Shown here piece by piece: positions 30,851 to 40,106 of a DNA stretch of 64,000 nt. Source of the DNA: Polyangiales bacterium (GTDB taxonomy: Bacteria > Myxococcota_A > Polyangia > Polyangiales > Polyangiaceae); contig JBBRLQ010000019.1 in NCBI GenBank assembly GCA_038231275.1, positions 32,001 to 96,000 of the forward strand. The letters run 5' to 3'. The position numbers and the translations under genes are program-made. Each line of letters begins with the position of its first letter. The stretch's first letter is position 1. A model generated the notes under the pieces. The model saw only the letters and a list, made by a program, of their open reading frames with translations. It had not been told where the DNA came from and made no database searches.

Positions 30851-31882
30851 TCAGCTCGCGAACGGCCCCGAGTAGGTCGTCTCTGCCAGGATCGAGACGT
30901 CGGGCTCCGGGCTCTCGTCGGCGAACTTCACCGCCTCCGCGACCTCGGCCTCGACCTCCTTCTCCATTTGCTCGAGACGCGGCTCGCCGTAGCCGTCGGT
31001 CGCCAGCTTCTGGCGTGCGCGGGTCAGCGGATCCTTCTTCTTGTGCTCCTCGAGCTCGTCCTTCGTGCGGTACTTCGCCGGATCGCTCATCGAGTGGCCG
31101 CGGAAGCGGTAGGTGCGTACCTCGACGAGGGTGGGAAGCGAGAGCTCTCTCGCGCGCTGGACCGCCTCGCCGATGCGCTTTTCGACCTCGAGCACGTCGT
31201 CGACGAAGAAGCGATCGCGATCGACGCCGTAGCCGAGCGCCTTCATCGACACGTCCTCGACGCTCATCGATCGCGAGAGGGGAGTGCCCATCGAGTATTC
31301 GTTGTTCTCGCAGATGAAGACGATCGGCAGCTTCCACAGCGCGGCGAGCGATAGCCCTTCATGGAACCCGCCAATGGACACCGCGCCCTCTCCGAAGAAG
31401 CAGAGGGTGACCTTGCCGTCCGCGCGGTACTTCGACGCGAAGGCGACGCCGGCGGCGAGCGGGATGTGCCCGCCGACGATGCCGTAGCCGCCGAGCATGT
31501 TGTTTTTGGCGTCGAAGAGGTGCATCGACCCGCCGAGCCCCTGCGAGCAACCGGTCTTCTTGCCCCACAGCTCGGCCATGAGCGTCTTGGGGCTCATCCC
31601 CTTGGCGAGGGCCATGCCGTGATCGCGGTACGTCGTGATGACGTAATCGTCGTGACGGAGCGCGGCCAAGGCGCCGACCGCTACCGCCTCCTGGCCGATG
31701 TACAGGTGCAAAAAGCCGCCGATCTTCCCCTCGGCGTAGGCGCGCGCGCACTCCTCTTCCACGCGGCGGATGAGGAACATTTGGCGATAGAGCCCGGCGA
31801 GCTTGTCGAGCTGGCCGCTCGGCTGGGTCAGCGGGACGAGGCTCTCCCGGCCTTCAGGAGCTGCGCGAGGTGCTTGATCCAT
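30851..31882 (-). CDS. pdhA: Pyruvate dehydrogenase E1 alpha subunit
   Basis: GFLHLYIGQEA, GGSMH, FGEGA..CENN TPP-binding motif, YRFRGHSMSDP. Confidence 0.97.
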   Translation of the reverse strand: MDQAPRAAPEGRESLVPLTQPSGQLDKLAGLYRQMFLIRRVEEECARAYAEGKIGGFLHLYIGQEAVAVGALAALRHDDYVITTYRDHGMALAKGMSPKTLMAELWGKKTGCSQGLGGSMHLFDAKNNMLGGYGIVGGHIPLAAGVAFASKYRADGKVTLCFFGEGAVSIGGFHEGLSLAALWKLPIVFICENNEYSMGTPLSRSMSVEDVSMKALGYGVDRDRFFVDDVLEVEKRIGEAVQRARELSLPTLVEVRTYRFRGHSMSDPAKYRTKDELEEHKKKDPLTRARQKLATDGYGEPRLEQMEKEVEAEVAEAVKFADESPEPDVSILAETTYSGPFAS

Positions 31883-32058
31883 TTCTGCGACCGAGGAGTC
31901 TAGACGATCTTCGCGGGCGTGTGGCGCCCGCAAAAAAGCGGGCCACGGCAGCTGCCGACGGGTCCTCGGGCGGCGAGCGTCGCGGGGCGCGGGCGACGCG
32001 GAGCCGCGGTGAGGACGCGAGGTCGTGCGCCAACACACGTTCCCGTGATGCGCGAGCG

Positions 32059-32438
32059 CAATTTAATTAAATAAAAAATCATACGAGGAATGGTGTTTAC
32101 GAAATCGTCAATTAACTAAATCGAGATGCGGAGGCGCACGAAGCGGGGCGCTCCGTCGCACGATGCGTGCGTCTCGGTGCGTGCGCGCCATCACTCTGCG
32201 CCGGGGCAGCGAGGCGCAGTCAGCCCAGGGCGGGATGAAATACGGCGCGTTTCTCAGCCGGCGGAGCTCGTTAGTCGCCTGACGGTTCAGCGTTCGCCCT
32301 ACGTGCGGATTTTGACGAGCCGCCGTGCGCCGAGTGACGGCGTCATTTTTCAACGCGCGCGCCGTCTTCGTCCTGTTTGAGGTCGCGCACACAACTCAAT
32401 TAAATTTCTCGACCGGGAATCGTCACTTGAATATACAT
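32059..32438. promoter_or_regulatory. AT-rich regulatory islands in the divergent pdhA / giant-lipoprotein intergenic region
   Basis: Palindrome ATTTAATTAAAT (32061-32072). TCAATTAA at 32108 and 32396. AATCGTCA at 32103 and 32418. Confidence 0.55.
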
Positions 32439-32515
32439 CGGTCGCGACGGGGGATGTAGCGGCCGTCTTCGATTACCAAGTTCGAGTGCAGGGCTGCGGA
32501 GCAAAAGGAGCGCTC

Positions 32516-35500
32516 ATGCGGAAGCTATCTTTCATCTCGCTTGCCTTCTCGCTGGTGGCGTTCGCCGCCGGCTGCGAGGACGGGCCGAACCAGACCTACA
32601 ACCCGGCGCCTCCCAACGCCGGCAACCTGTGGAACAACGGCAACGCCGACGCGGCGGTGAATCCGTTCGCGCAGGACTTCGACGCGGGGTATCCAACCTC
32701 CAGCGCGACGTCGCTCTGCAGCACGGACTTCAAGCGGCAGCGGTGGGCGTGGATGCTCACGCAGCCCGTCCAGCCGCCGCGCTTCTACGCCGGCCTCGAC
32801 ATGGCGAAGGACGATCTCTGGACCGGCCTCAAGATCGAGGACGCCGAGAATCCGCCCGCCGATCCCAACTCTCCGACCGGCGGTATCTGCCAGTCGACGC
32901 CGTTCGGCTTCCAGGGCACGTGCCCCAGCGGCTTCGGCGGCTGCAACCTGAACGCGTGGGGCAATAACGCCGAGGTCCAGTTCTCCTGGAACGTCGCGAC
33001 GCACCTCGTCGACCAGATGATCTTGAACCTCGGGTACACCGGGACGCTGACGACCAAGCCGTACCCCGACCACAACGGCGAGCCTCACTCGTACTCGATT
33101 CAGGTCGGTGACGTGATTCGTCGCGACGGCCAGCCCTTCCAGATCGCGTGGACGGACATCGGCACCGCGCGCACGCAGATCACGGACATCTTCAACGGCG
33201 TCATGTCGACCTTCTCGGTGAAGGCCGGAGTTCCGTTCGACACCTCGACCTGCAACGCCGACGCCGAATGCGTCGCGCCCGGCACCAAATCGATCTGCGA
33301 GTGCAAGCACGCGGTCGACAGCGCCGGCAAACCCCTCGCGACGTGCCAGGCGCCAGGCCAGTGCGGAATCAAGAATTGCGGCACCGACGGCAACTGCCTC
33401 ATCCGGAACGACGGCAGCGTGACGATCTTCGGCATCCGCCCGATGGTCATCTACGTGCAGGGCACGGCCGGCGTCCCGCAGCCGGCCCTCAGCACGCCGA
33501 CGAGCTTCTACAACTTCTTCTCGAAGTGGGAGCCGTTCTCGTACCTCCCGCAAGAGGTGAAGCTCGACAAGGACGGACCCAACTCGTCGGGCACGCCGGT
33601 CGGTGTCCCCAAGGGCTCCACCCTCGTCTGCACCCAGGAAATCGGCCAAACGTTCGACGATTTCCGAAAAAACTGCGTCCAGGTCCACGGCGACTCGTCG
33701 AACCCGAGCGGCGTCGATGCGGTCAACCTCAACAAGGTCACGCATAGCCTCACGCACGATCAGGAGCATTGGACGGCGAACGTGCTGGGAGTGAACCAGA
33801 ACTTCACGTCGCTCCGGGTTCTCAACAACGAAGACTCGGTCGTTCTCGACACCGACGTGCCGGAGCCCGGCGACATCGCGCAGGATTGGACGTTCGACGT
33901 CCGCGCGCGCGGCGCGGTCAAGAACGAGTGGGGCGGAGATCTGCCCGGGTCGGCCCTCGTCTTCATCGAGTGGGCGCGCCTCATGCTCGAGGACATCGCC
34001 AAGATTCAAGGCCTCCCGGCGCCCAAGAAGCTCGGCGATCCGACGTGCGTCGGCTACGACGCCGCCGGCAACCCGAACTACAAGAACAGCACCGGATGCT
34101 CGGGCATCGAGGGTCTCATCGTCCCGTCGTACGGCGGCGTCGACTTCAGCAAGGACCCCAAGCGGCCCGATCTCGACGCCGGCATCAACTACGACGTCCT
34201 CTTCTCGTACGCCAGCGTGCTGAAGCCCGGTGACGTCGTCGGCCCGCTCTGCCTCGACCCCGGTGTCATGAGCGACTGCACCTACGACACGACGCTCTCC
34301 ACCTGGGGCAACGCGCTCCTGCACGTCACGCGCGTGATGGGCAATGGAGACATCAACAAGGTCCCGAGCGAGCTCCGTGACCGTCGCTACTACTTCAAGT
34401 GGTTCGGTGTCGCCTTCATCAAGTACATGAAGGCGTACGGCAACTACGACGCCGTCAAGCGCTTGCAGCTCCCCGACGGCACGCCGGGCGGCGGGCTCGG
34501 CCCGTCGGACGTCGCGGCGCAGCAGATCGACCTCGAGGCGCTGTTCTTCGACTACCTGGCCCAGCCGGGCGCAGGTGGCGCGCAGACGTTCGACAAGTTC
34601 GAGTACGTCGACCGCGAGTTCATCGGCAAGGGTGTCGGCGGGCAGTTCAACTGGGTCCCGTGGGACTTCGAGTACGGCACCGATCTGAAGGGCGGCAACC
34701 AGCGCTACGACAACTACTTCCGCCGCATGGATCGCGAAGAGGTCGCCCTCTACTCGGCGATGCTCACCGACAAGACGCACACGCCCGGCCAGGAGAACAA
34801 CGTCAACGTGACGAACCTGTTCGGCAGCATCATGCTCGGCGGCGACCCTTCGTCGAACGTGTCCGGCCTCTGGTCGAGCTACGCCTGCGCCATCGGACAA
34901 GCCGGCGATCCGGGCGCAAATTGCGGAGGCGTCAACCCGCCGCTCGATCCCACCAACCCCTCGAAGCTCCCGGCGTGCGGCGCCGGCGGCACGTGCGCGG
35001 CCGGTCGCGGCTGCATCACCGGAGTCACGTACGAGGCGGGCAACATCACCAAGTGTGCCGTGCCGTGCAACTTCACTTCGTATCCGAAATCCGGGTGCGC
35101 GAGCACAAGTCAGACGTGCGTAGTGAACGGCAGCTCCAATGGCTGCTTCGACATGATGATGGATTTGAACGGCACGGCCCCGAACGCCAAGCCGCTCCTC
35201 TCCTACTACCCCGGCGCGTGGACGCGAACGCCGTTCGGCCGCGGTCACAGCCCGATCAAGCTGCCCCAGGCCAACAAGAAGCCGCAGCTCGGCGTCGCGA
35301 AGGTCATCCTGCCGAACTTCCTCGACGGTCCGTATACGGCGAGCCCGGCGGTCGTCGATTCGACAGGCAAGTGCCCGACGAATTACGCGATCAGCGCGAA
35401 CGGTGTGTGGTGCAACGCGCCGCTCAACTCCGGCAACGGCGCACTCGCGGCGACCTTCAATGCGCTCTCGCCGTGGCTCGAGGTGCAGCCTGGTGTCGGC

Positions 35501-36049
35501 TTCCGTATCCCGCTCGACGGGCAGCGTGACCAGCAGGTCTCGACCGGACAGATCGACTACACCGGCGTCCTCGAGAGCTACATCGTCGACTACATCCCGT
35601 ACATCGACGGGGCGAAGGCGAGCTGCGTCGCAGACGGCAAGTGCAACAAGGGCTTCGTCTGCGAACCGGCCTCCAAGAGCTGCATCACCGACGACGATAC
35701 GATCGACGTCCAGGCGATCGAAGGCGCCGACTTCCTCGGCGAGGCGTTCCTCTGCCTCGACCCGCAGACGAGCGACGTCCTCCACGCACGCATGTACGAC
35801 TCGGTCCTCCCGATCATCGAGTGGTTCGCGGCCCACCCGGGCGGCGGCGTCAACCCGAACCAGGGCGGCTACTACCCGAGCGCGCAGAGCGCCTGCCAGA
35901 TCGTCATCCGGCGGACGCCCTACGACAACTACATCGACAGCATCACGTCCAAGACCTACGGCGTCGACCTCAACGTCGGCGGCGGTCAGGGCCTCGGTCG
36001 AATCACCGATGTCGTCCTCTTCGACCCCACGCTGGTCCAGGCCCTGTGA
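32516..36049 (+). CDS. Giant (~1177 aa) Cys-rich lipoprotein of unknown function
   Basis: SD AAGGAG, lipobox AAGC, clear coding bias, several Cys-rich modules (e.g. CVADGKCNKGFVCEPASKSC). No family motif recognised. Confidence 0.9.
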   Translation: MRKLSFISLAFSLVAFAAGCEDGPNQTYNPAPPNAGNLWNNGNADAAVNPFAQDFDAGYPTSSATSLCSTDFKRQRWAWMLTQPVQPPRFYAGLDMAKDDLWTGLKIEDAENPPADPNSPTGGICQSTPFGFQGTCPSGFGGCNLNAWGNNAEVQFSWNVATHLVDQMILNLGYTGTLTTKPYPDHNGEPHSYSIQVGDVIRRDGQPFQIAWTDIGTARTQITDIFNGVMSTFSVKAGVPFDTSTCNADAECVAPGTKSICECKHAVDSAGKPLATCQAPGQCGIKNCGTDGNCLIRNDGSVTIFGIRPMVIYVQGTAGVPQPALSTPTSFYNFFSKWEPFSYLPQEVKLDKDGPNSSGTPVGVPKGSTLVCTQEIGQTFDDFRKNCVQVHGDSSNPSGVDAVNLNKVTHSLTHDQEHWTANVLGVNQNFTSLRVLNNEDSVVLDTDVPEPGDIAQDWTFDVRARGAVKNEWGGDLPGSALVFIEWARLMLEDIAKIQGLPAPKKLGDPTCVGYDAAGNPNYKNSTGCSGIEGLIVPSYGGVDFSKDPKRPDLDAGINYDVLFSYASVLKPGDVVGPLCLDPGVMSDCTYDTTLSTWGNALLHVTRVMGNGDINKVPSELRDRRYYFKWFGVAFIKYMKAYGNYDAVKRLQLPDGTPGGGLGPSDVAAQQIDLEALFFDYLAQPGAGGAQTFDKFEYVDREFIGKGVGGQFNWVPWDFEYGTDLKGGNQRYDNYFRRMDREEVALYSAMLTDKTHTPGQENNVNVTNLFGSIMLGGDPSSNVSGLWSSYACAIGQAGDPGANCGGVNPPLDPTNPSKLPACGAGGTCAAGRGCITGVTYEAGNITKCAVPCNFTSYPKSGCASTSQTCVVNGSSNGCFDMMMDLNGTAPNAKPLLSYYPGAWTRTPFGRGHSPIKLPQANKKPQLGVAKVILPNFLDGPYTASPAVVDSTGKCPTNYAISANGVWCNAPLNSGNGALAATFNALSPWLEVQPGVGFRIPLDGQRDQQVSTGQIDYTGVLESYIVDYIPYIDGAKASCVADGKCNKGFVCEPASKSCITDDDTIDVQAIEGADFLGEAFLCLDPQTSDVLHARMYDSVLPIIEWFAAHPGGGVNPNQGGYYPSAQSACQIVIRRTPYDNYIDSITSKTYGVDLNVGGGQGLGRITDVVLFDPTLVQAL

Positions 36050-36069
36050 TGCGCCCGGAGATGAAAACC

Positions 36070-39000
36070 ATGACGTCCATGAGCCATCGTTCCACCTCCG
36101 CCTTGATCGCGCTCGCTTCGGTGAGCGCGCTCTGGGGCTGCGTCGCCGACCGCCCTTCGCGTAATGGCGTCTTCAGCGAGAACCAGTATCTCCGCAAGGA
36201 TTTTCTCGTCCAGCCGGGAGACGGCAACGCGCCCGATCGCGGCTGGTTCGTCAAATCCACGATCGTCGCGACGTCGACCCCCAACCCGCTCGCGAACGTG
36301 AGCGGGGCCGGGCTCTTCGCCGGCGCGGAGTCGGGGACGTCCAACTTCGTCCGCTTCGGCCTCACGCAGGACAAGCTGAACGTCATCAACCTGCGCGAGA
36401 TCAGCAACGATCCCAACTGGCAGGCGCAGAACCAGCGCGTGCCGGAGACGATCAACTCGTGGCCGGTCGCCAACGTCGATCTGAAATACCGCATCAACCT
36501 CGACGGCGAGAAGACCAACTTCTACGAAGAGAACCAGGAGCTCGACTGGCAAGTGCGTCAGTGGGTGAAGATCAACTTCGCAAAGAACGACATGAGCGAC
36601 TTCTACATGTTTTACGGGGGCCTGAACCCCGTCTTGCAGAAGTGTACCGACCAAGCGAACGCGACGGCGACGCTGGTGCCCGGCTCGTTCAACGTGGACA
36701 CGCCGAACGAGTATTGGGAGTACACGGTCGCCGTGACCGTGCCGGTCGGCTACAGCGACGGCGACGCCGCGACATGTCAGGCCGCGTTCGGCGCCTCCGC
36801 GGCCGGCTTCTTCAAGCTGAACCGCCAGAACGTCACCATCAACATCAAGACGGCGTTCGTCCGGCCCAACAAGGTCGTCGACGGCACGTACGTACCGATG
36901 CCGCTCGCCGAGAAGGATCCGATCCGCCGAAAGTACGGCGCGTTCGAGGTCCAGCCGATCTACCGCGACACGAGCTCGGGTCTCTTGACGTCGCAATCGC
37001 TCGTCGCACGCTTCAACCCGAATCACGACATCGTCTACTACTTCGCCCCCGGCATGCCCGAGGTCTACAAGCAGTTCTTCATCAAGGCGGGTGGGCTCGT
37101 CGAGCAGACGAACAATAGCATCCTCGCGAAGTCGGGCGGCAAGGGTCGCCTGAAGATGTTCAACTACAACGACGACACGACGTACGGCGACGGCAAAGGG
37201 CCGATCCGCATGTACGGCGATCCTCGCTACAGCTTCATCAACTGGCACTCGGATCTCGACAACGGCTCGGCGCTCCTCGGCATCGCGCAGTTCTTCGTCG
37301 ATCCGCACAGCGGCGAGACGTTGTCGGCGAGCGTCAACCTCTTCGAAGGCAACTTCAAGGACACGACGCAGCAGCGCCTCGATCTGTTCCTCCAGACCGT
37401 CGGCACCGAGTACCTCACGCCGAGCGGCGAGTTCGACGACTCCAAGTACCCGCAAGGCTGCAAGGACGGCGACGTCGTGCCGCTCGTGCCCGCCAACGTC
37501 GCGGGCCTCCTGAACCGCCAGTCGACCGTGTACGGCAAGATGCAGGCGTACCTGCAGAAACCGTTCGCCACGTACGGCTACCTCGGGCCCGCGGACTTCC
37601 TGCCGAACCACGACAGCGACTTTTACAACGCCTACTTCTCGGTGCTCCCGTACAACGTCTACGCCGATCCTTCGGCGAACCCGTACGTGACGCCGGAGGG
37701 GACGCAGCTCGACTCGAGCGCGGCCCAGTGGACGTCGCTCCAGCAGATCGCCGCGTTCAACAAGCTCGCGGGCAAGATCGACCAGGGCTGGGCGCCCTAC
37801 GACGTCGAGGGCCCCGGCGCGGTCAAGGGAGCGGTCGACTTCTCGGAGACGTGGTCGACCCTTGCCCAGTCCGTCACCGACTACGAGTACACGCGCCGCT
37901 ACGGCAGCAAGATGCGCGCGGCGGACGACGCGTCGCTCTTCTCGTACTTCGATATCTACCAAAAGAACGGACGGCACTGCGTCGGCGGAAAGTGGGAGTC
38001 GCGAGCGGACTACACCACCAACCTCATCACGAGCCTCAACATGGCGGTGGCGGCGCACGAGTTCGGGCACACGCTCGGCCTGCGCCACAACTTCATGGGC
38101 TCGATCGACCAGCGCAACTTCCCGAAAGACGCGAACGGTCGCCCGACGCTCTATGCGTCGAGCCTCATGGACTACAACCAGACGATCTCGGAGGCGTTCT
38201 TCGAGACGAACCCGGGCTCGCCCGGCTGGGGTCCGTACGACGCGGCGGCGCTCGGCTGGATTTATGGCAACAGCCTCTCGACGAGCGCGGTCGGCCCCGT
38301 AGCGACGCCGGCCGGTCAGAAGTCGTCGACGGCCTCGGGTCAGGTCAGCGCGACGGCTCCGTGGAACGATCCGCTCGGCTTCGCGGCCGACGGCAAGACG
38401 GAGAACCCGTTCCTCTACTGCAGCGACGAGCACCTCCGCTACACGCCGCTCTGTCGGCAGTACGACTCGGGCGTGACGCCGTCGGAAATCACCGCGAACG
38501 ATCTCCAGCGCCGTGAGTGGAATTACTTGTGGACGAACTTCCGCCTCTACCACAAGTACTTCTCGACCGAGAATTACGGCCAGGGCGTCGTCCGCGACTT
38601 CAACGAGATGCGCCGCTTCTCGTCGCTCTGGGCCTTCGACTGGTCGGGCGGCGAGCTCACCAATACGCTGCGCCTCATCGGCACGAAGGTCCCGGTGGGG
38701 ACGACCGCCGCGGACTACTACAACCAGCTGACCGCGAAGTTCAACACCGACGCGTCGATCGCGAACCAGCTCGCGGCGTCGTACCACCGCGCGATCATCG
38801 AGCAGGCCTCCGGCGAGCGTCCGTTCGTCACCGTGTTCGATCCGTTCTACGGCGACGTCACCCAGCAGGGCATCCAGATCGACAAGGTCCAAGCGACCAC
38901 GTCGTTCAGCGCGCTCTGGCCCGCGATCAGCAATTACGATCCGAGCCAGGCGGCCGGCGTGTACTTCTCGAGCGCGTCCGGTCAATTCGGCGATTCGACG

Positions 39001-39582
39001 TACACCTCGGTGTCGCGCGCCGTCCTCGCGGACTTCCTGGGCGCCGCGTTCGCGACGTTCCAGTACGCGCAGCTCGGTCCTATCGCGAACTTCGCGGCGT
39101 CGACGCATAGCGCGAAGTACACGGGCGATCTCCGGCTGCAGACCTGGGTCGGCGGCTGGGCCTTCAACCGCGAGCGTGACTTCCTGGACTTCGTCCGGCA
39201 GTCCGCGGTCGCGACCAAGTTCGCCAACTGCGACGAGAACGGCCTCAACTGCTCGCCGTGCACGTCGCTCGACAAGTGCACCTGGGACCCGCGCACGCAG
39301 CAGGCACGCGCGGCCCAGCTGACGCAGTCCGATCACTACAACCGCTTCCAGTCGCCGGACGGACGCACCTACATCTGGGGCTTCATCCGGAGCCGCAACC
39401 AGTGGGTCATCGCGGACAAGGATCGCAACATCGCGACCTACGCCCTGATGCTCAACTGGACCACCGACATCATCAACGGCGAGGACGACGGCTTCAACGG
39501 CGCCAGCCCGCTGGAGTACAAGGTCCGCTACATCGTCGACGCCTTTACGACCTACGATCAGCAGACGCTCAACGCGCCGTGA
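36070..39582 (+). CDS. Giant zinc-dependent metalloprotease lipoprotein (metzincin, EcxA/DUF4953-like)
   Basis: Lipobox LWGC, HEFGHTLGLRHNF zinc motif, Met-turn SSLMDY, GPYDAAAL, FLYCSDE. In-frame ATGs at 36049/36061/36070/36079; GGAG favours 36070. Confidence 0.9.
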   Translation: MTSMSHRSTSALIALASVSALWGCVADRPSRNGVFSENQYLRKDFLVQPGDGNAPDRGWFVKSTIVATSTPNPLANVSGAGLFAGAESGTSNFVRFGLTQDKLNVINLREISNDPNWQAQNQRVPETINSWPVANVDLKYRINLDGEKTNFYEENQELDWQVRQWVKINFAKNDMSDFYMFYGGLNPVLQKCTDQANATATLVPGSFNVDTPNEYWEYTVAVTVPVGYSDGDAATCQAAFGASAAGFFKLNRQNVTINIKTAFVRPNKVVDGTYVPMPLAEKDPIRRKYGAFEVQPIYRDTSSGLLTSQSLVARFNPNHDIVYYFAPGMPEVYKQFFIKAGGLVEQTNNSILAKSGGKGRLKMFNYNDDTTYGDGKGPIRMYGDPRYSFINWHSDLDNGSALLGIAQFFVDPHSGETLSASVNLFEGNFKDTTQQRLDLFLQTVGTEYLTPSGEFDDSKYPQGCKDGDVVPLVPANVAGLLNRQSTVYGKMQAYLQKPFATYGYLGPADFLPNHDSDFYNAYFSVLPYNVYADPSANPYVTPEGTQLDSSAAQWTSLQQIAAFNKLAGKIDQGWAPYDVEGPGAVKGAVDFSETWSTLAQSVTDYEYTRRYGSKMRAADDASLFSYFDIYQKNGRHCVGGKWESRADYTTNLITSLNMAVAAHEFGHTLGLRHNFMGSIDQRNFPKDANGRPTLYASSLMDYNQTISEAFFETNPGSPGWGPYDAAALGWIYGNSLSTSAVGPVATPAGQKSSTASGQVSATAPWNDPLGFAADGKTENPFLYCSDEHLRYTPLCRQYDSGVTPSEITANDLQRREWNYLWTNFRLYHKYFSTENYGQGVVRDFNEMRRFSSLWAFDWSGGELTNTLRLIGTKVPVGTTAADYYNQLTAKFNTDASIANQLAASYHRAIIEQASGERPFVTVFDPFYGDVTQQGIQIDKVQATTSFSALWPAISNYDPSQAAGVYFSSASGQFGDSTYTSVSRAVLADFLGAAFATFQYAQLGPIANFAASTHSAKYTGDLRLQTWVGGWAFNRERDFLDFVRQSAVATKFANCDENGLNCSPCTSLDKCTWDPRTQQARAAQLTQSDHYNRFQSPDGRTYIWGFIRSRNQWVIADKDRNIATYALMLNWTTDIINGEDDGFNGASPLEYKVRYIVDAFTTYDQQTLNAP

Positions 39583-39610
39583 CGGGTTCGTAAAACCAGT
39601 TACCTCATTC

Positions 39611-39687
39611 TCTTCCTACCCCCGCTCCCACCCGCCCCCGATCGCATCCGGGGCAAGCCCCGGGAGCGGGGGTGGGGAGGGATTTTT
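39611..39687 (+). terminator. Long GC hairpin with T-run, probable terminator/attenuator
   Basis: TCTTCCTACCCCCGCTCCC pairs with GGGAGCGGGGGTGGGGAG, followed by ATTTTT. Confidence 0.65.
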
Positions 39688-39703
39688 CCCATTTCGAGGC
39701 ACC

Positions 39704-40072
39704 GTGAAGCTTCGCAGCGCGCTCGTCTTCTTCTTGGCCTGCGGCGTCCTCGCGGCGTCCGCATGCAACAGCTCCTCGTCGACCGCGACGAACGACGGCG
39801 GCGGCGCGACCGACACCGACAGCGGCGCACGGGGCTCCTCCGGGAGCTCGGGCGGGAGCCATGACGGCGCGGCACCCTCCGAAACAGGCTCTGCGGACGA
39901 CGGCGCGCTACCCGACGACGGGAGTACGCCCGGCGACGGCGCCGCCTCCACGGACGACGGCAGTAGCGGAACGTCGAGCGACGGCGGATGCGCGGGCGTC
40001 GGCGACAAATGCGGCCCCGGCATCAAGTGTTGCGCGGGAACGACCTGCGACATCTACAAAACGTGCAGTTGA
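39704..40072 (+). CDS. Small lipoprotein with S/G/D/T stalk and C-terminal knottin-pattern domain
   Basis: SD GAGG, GTG start, lipobox ASAC. C-terminus CAGVGDKCGPGIKCCAGTTCDIYKTCS. Confidence 0.8.
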   Translation: MKLRSALVFFLACGVLAASACNSSSSTATNDGGGATDTDSGARGSSGSSGGSHDGAAPSETGSADDGALPDDGSTPGDGAASTDDGSSGTSSDGGCAGVGDKCGPGIKCCAGTTCDIYKTCS

Positions 40073-40106
40073 ACCGCGCGGATGGCCCGCTCTCGCGATC
40101 GCTCCG

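Noticed and set aside
32059..32121. AT-rich island as oriC or a dif site
   Set aside because: No DnaA boxes (TTATCCACA-like) or XerC/D consensus seen, and no replication genes nearby.
35641..36069. 5' extension of the metalloprotease ORF overlapping the upstream gene (possible frameshift fusion)
   Set aside because: The extension is Arg/Pro-rich off-frame sequence. The downstream gene has its own SD and lipoprotein signal, and I see no slippery site.
32525..39336. Very long antisense ORFs (32525-35836 and 35986-39336, minus strand)
   Set aside because: Shadow frames of the two lipoprotein genes. High-GC codon bias removes antisense stops, and the translations are V/R/D/A-rich with no motifs. 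The same applies to 12960-15371, 21780-24053 and 49849-52314.
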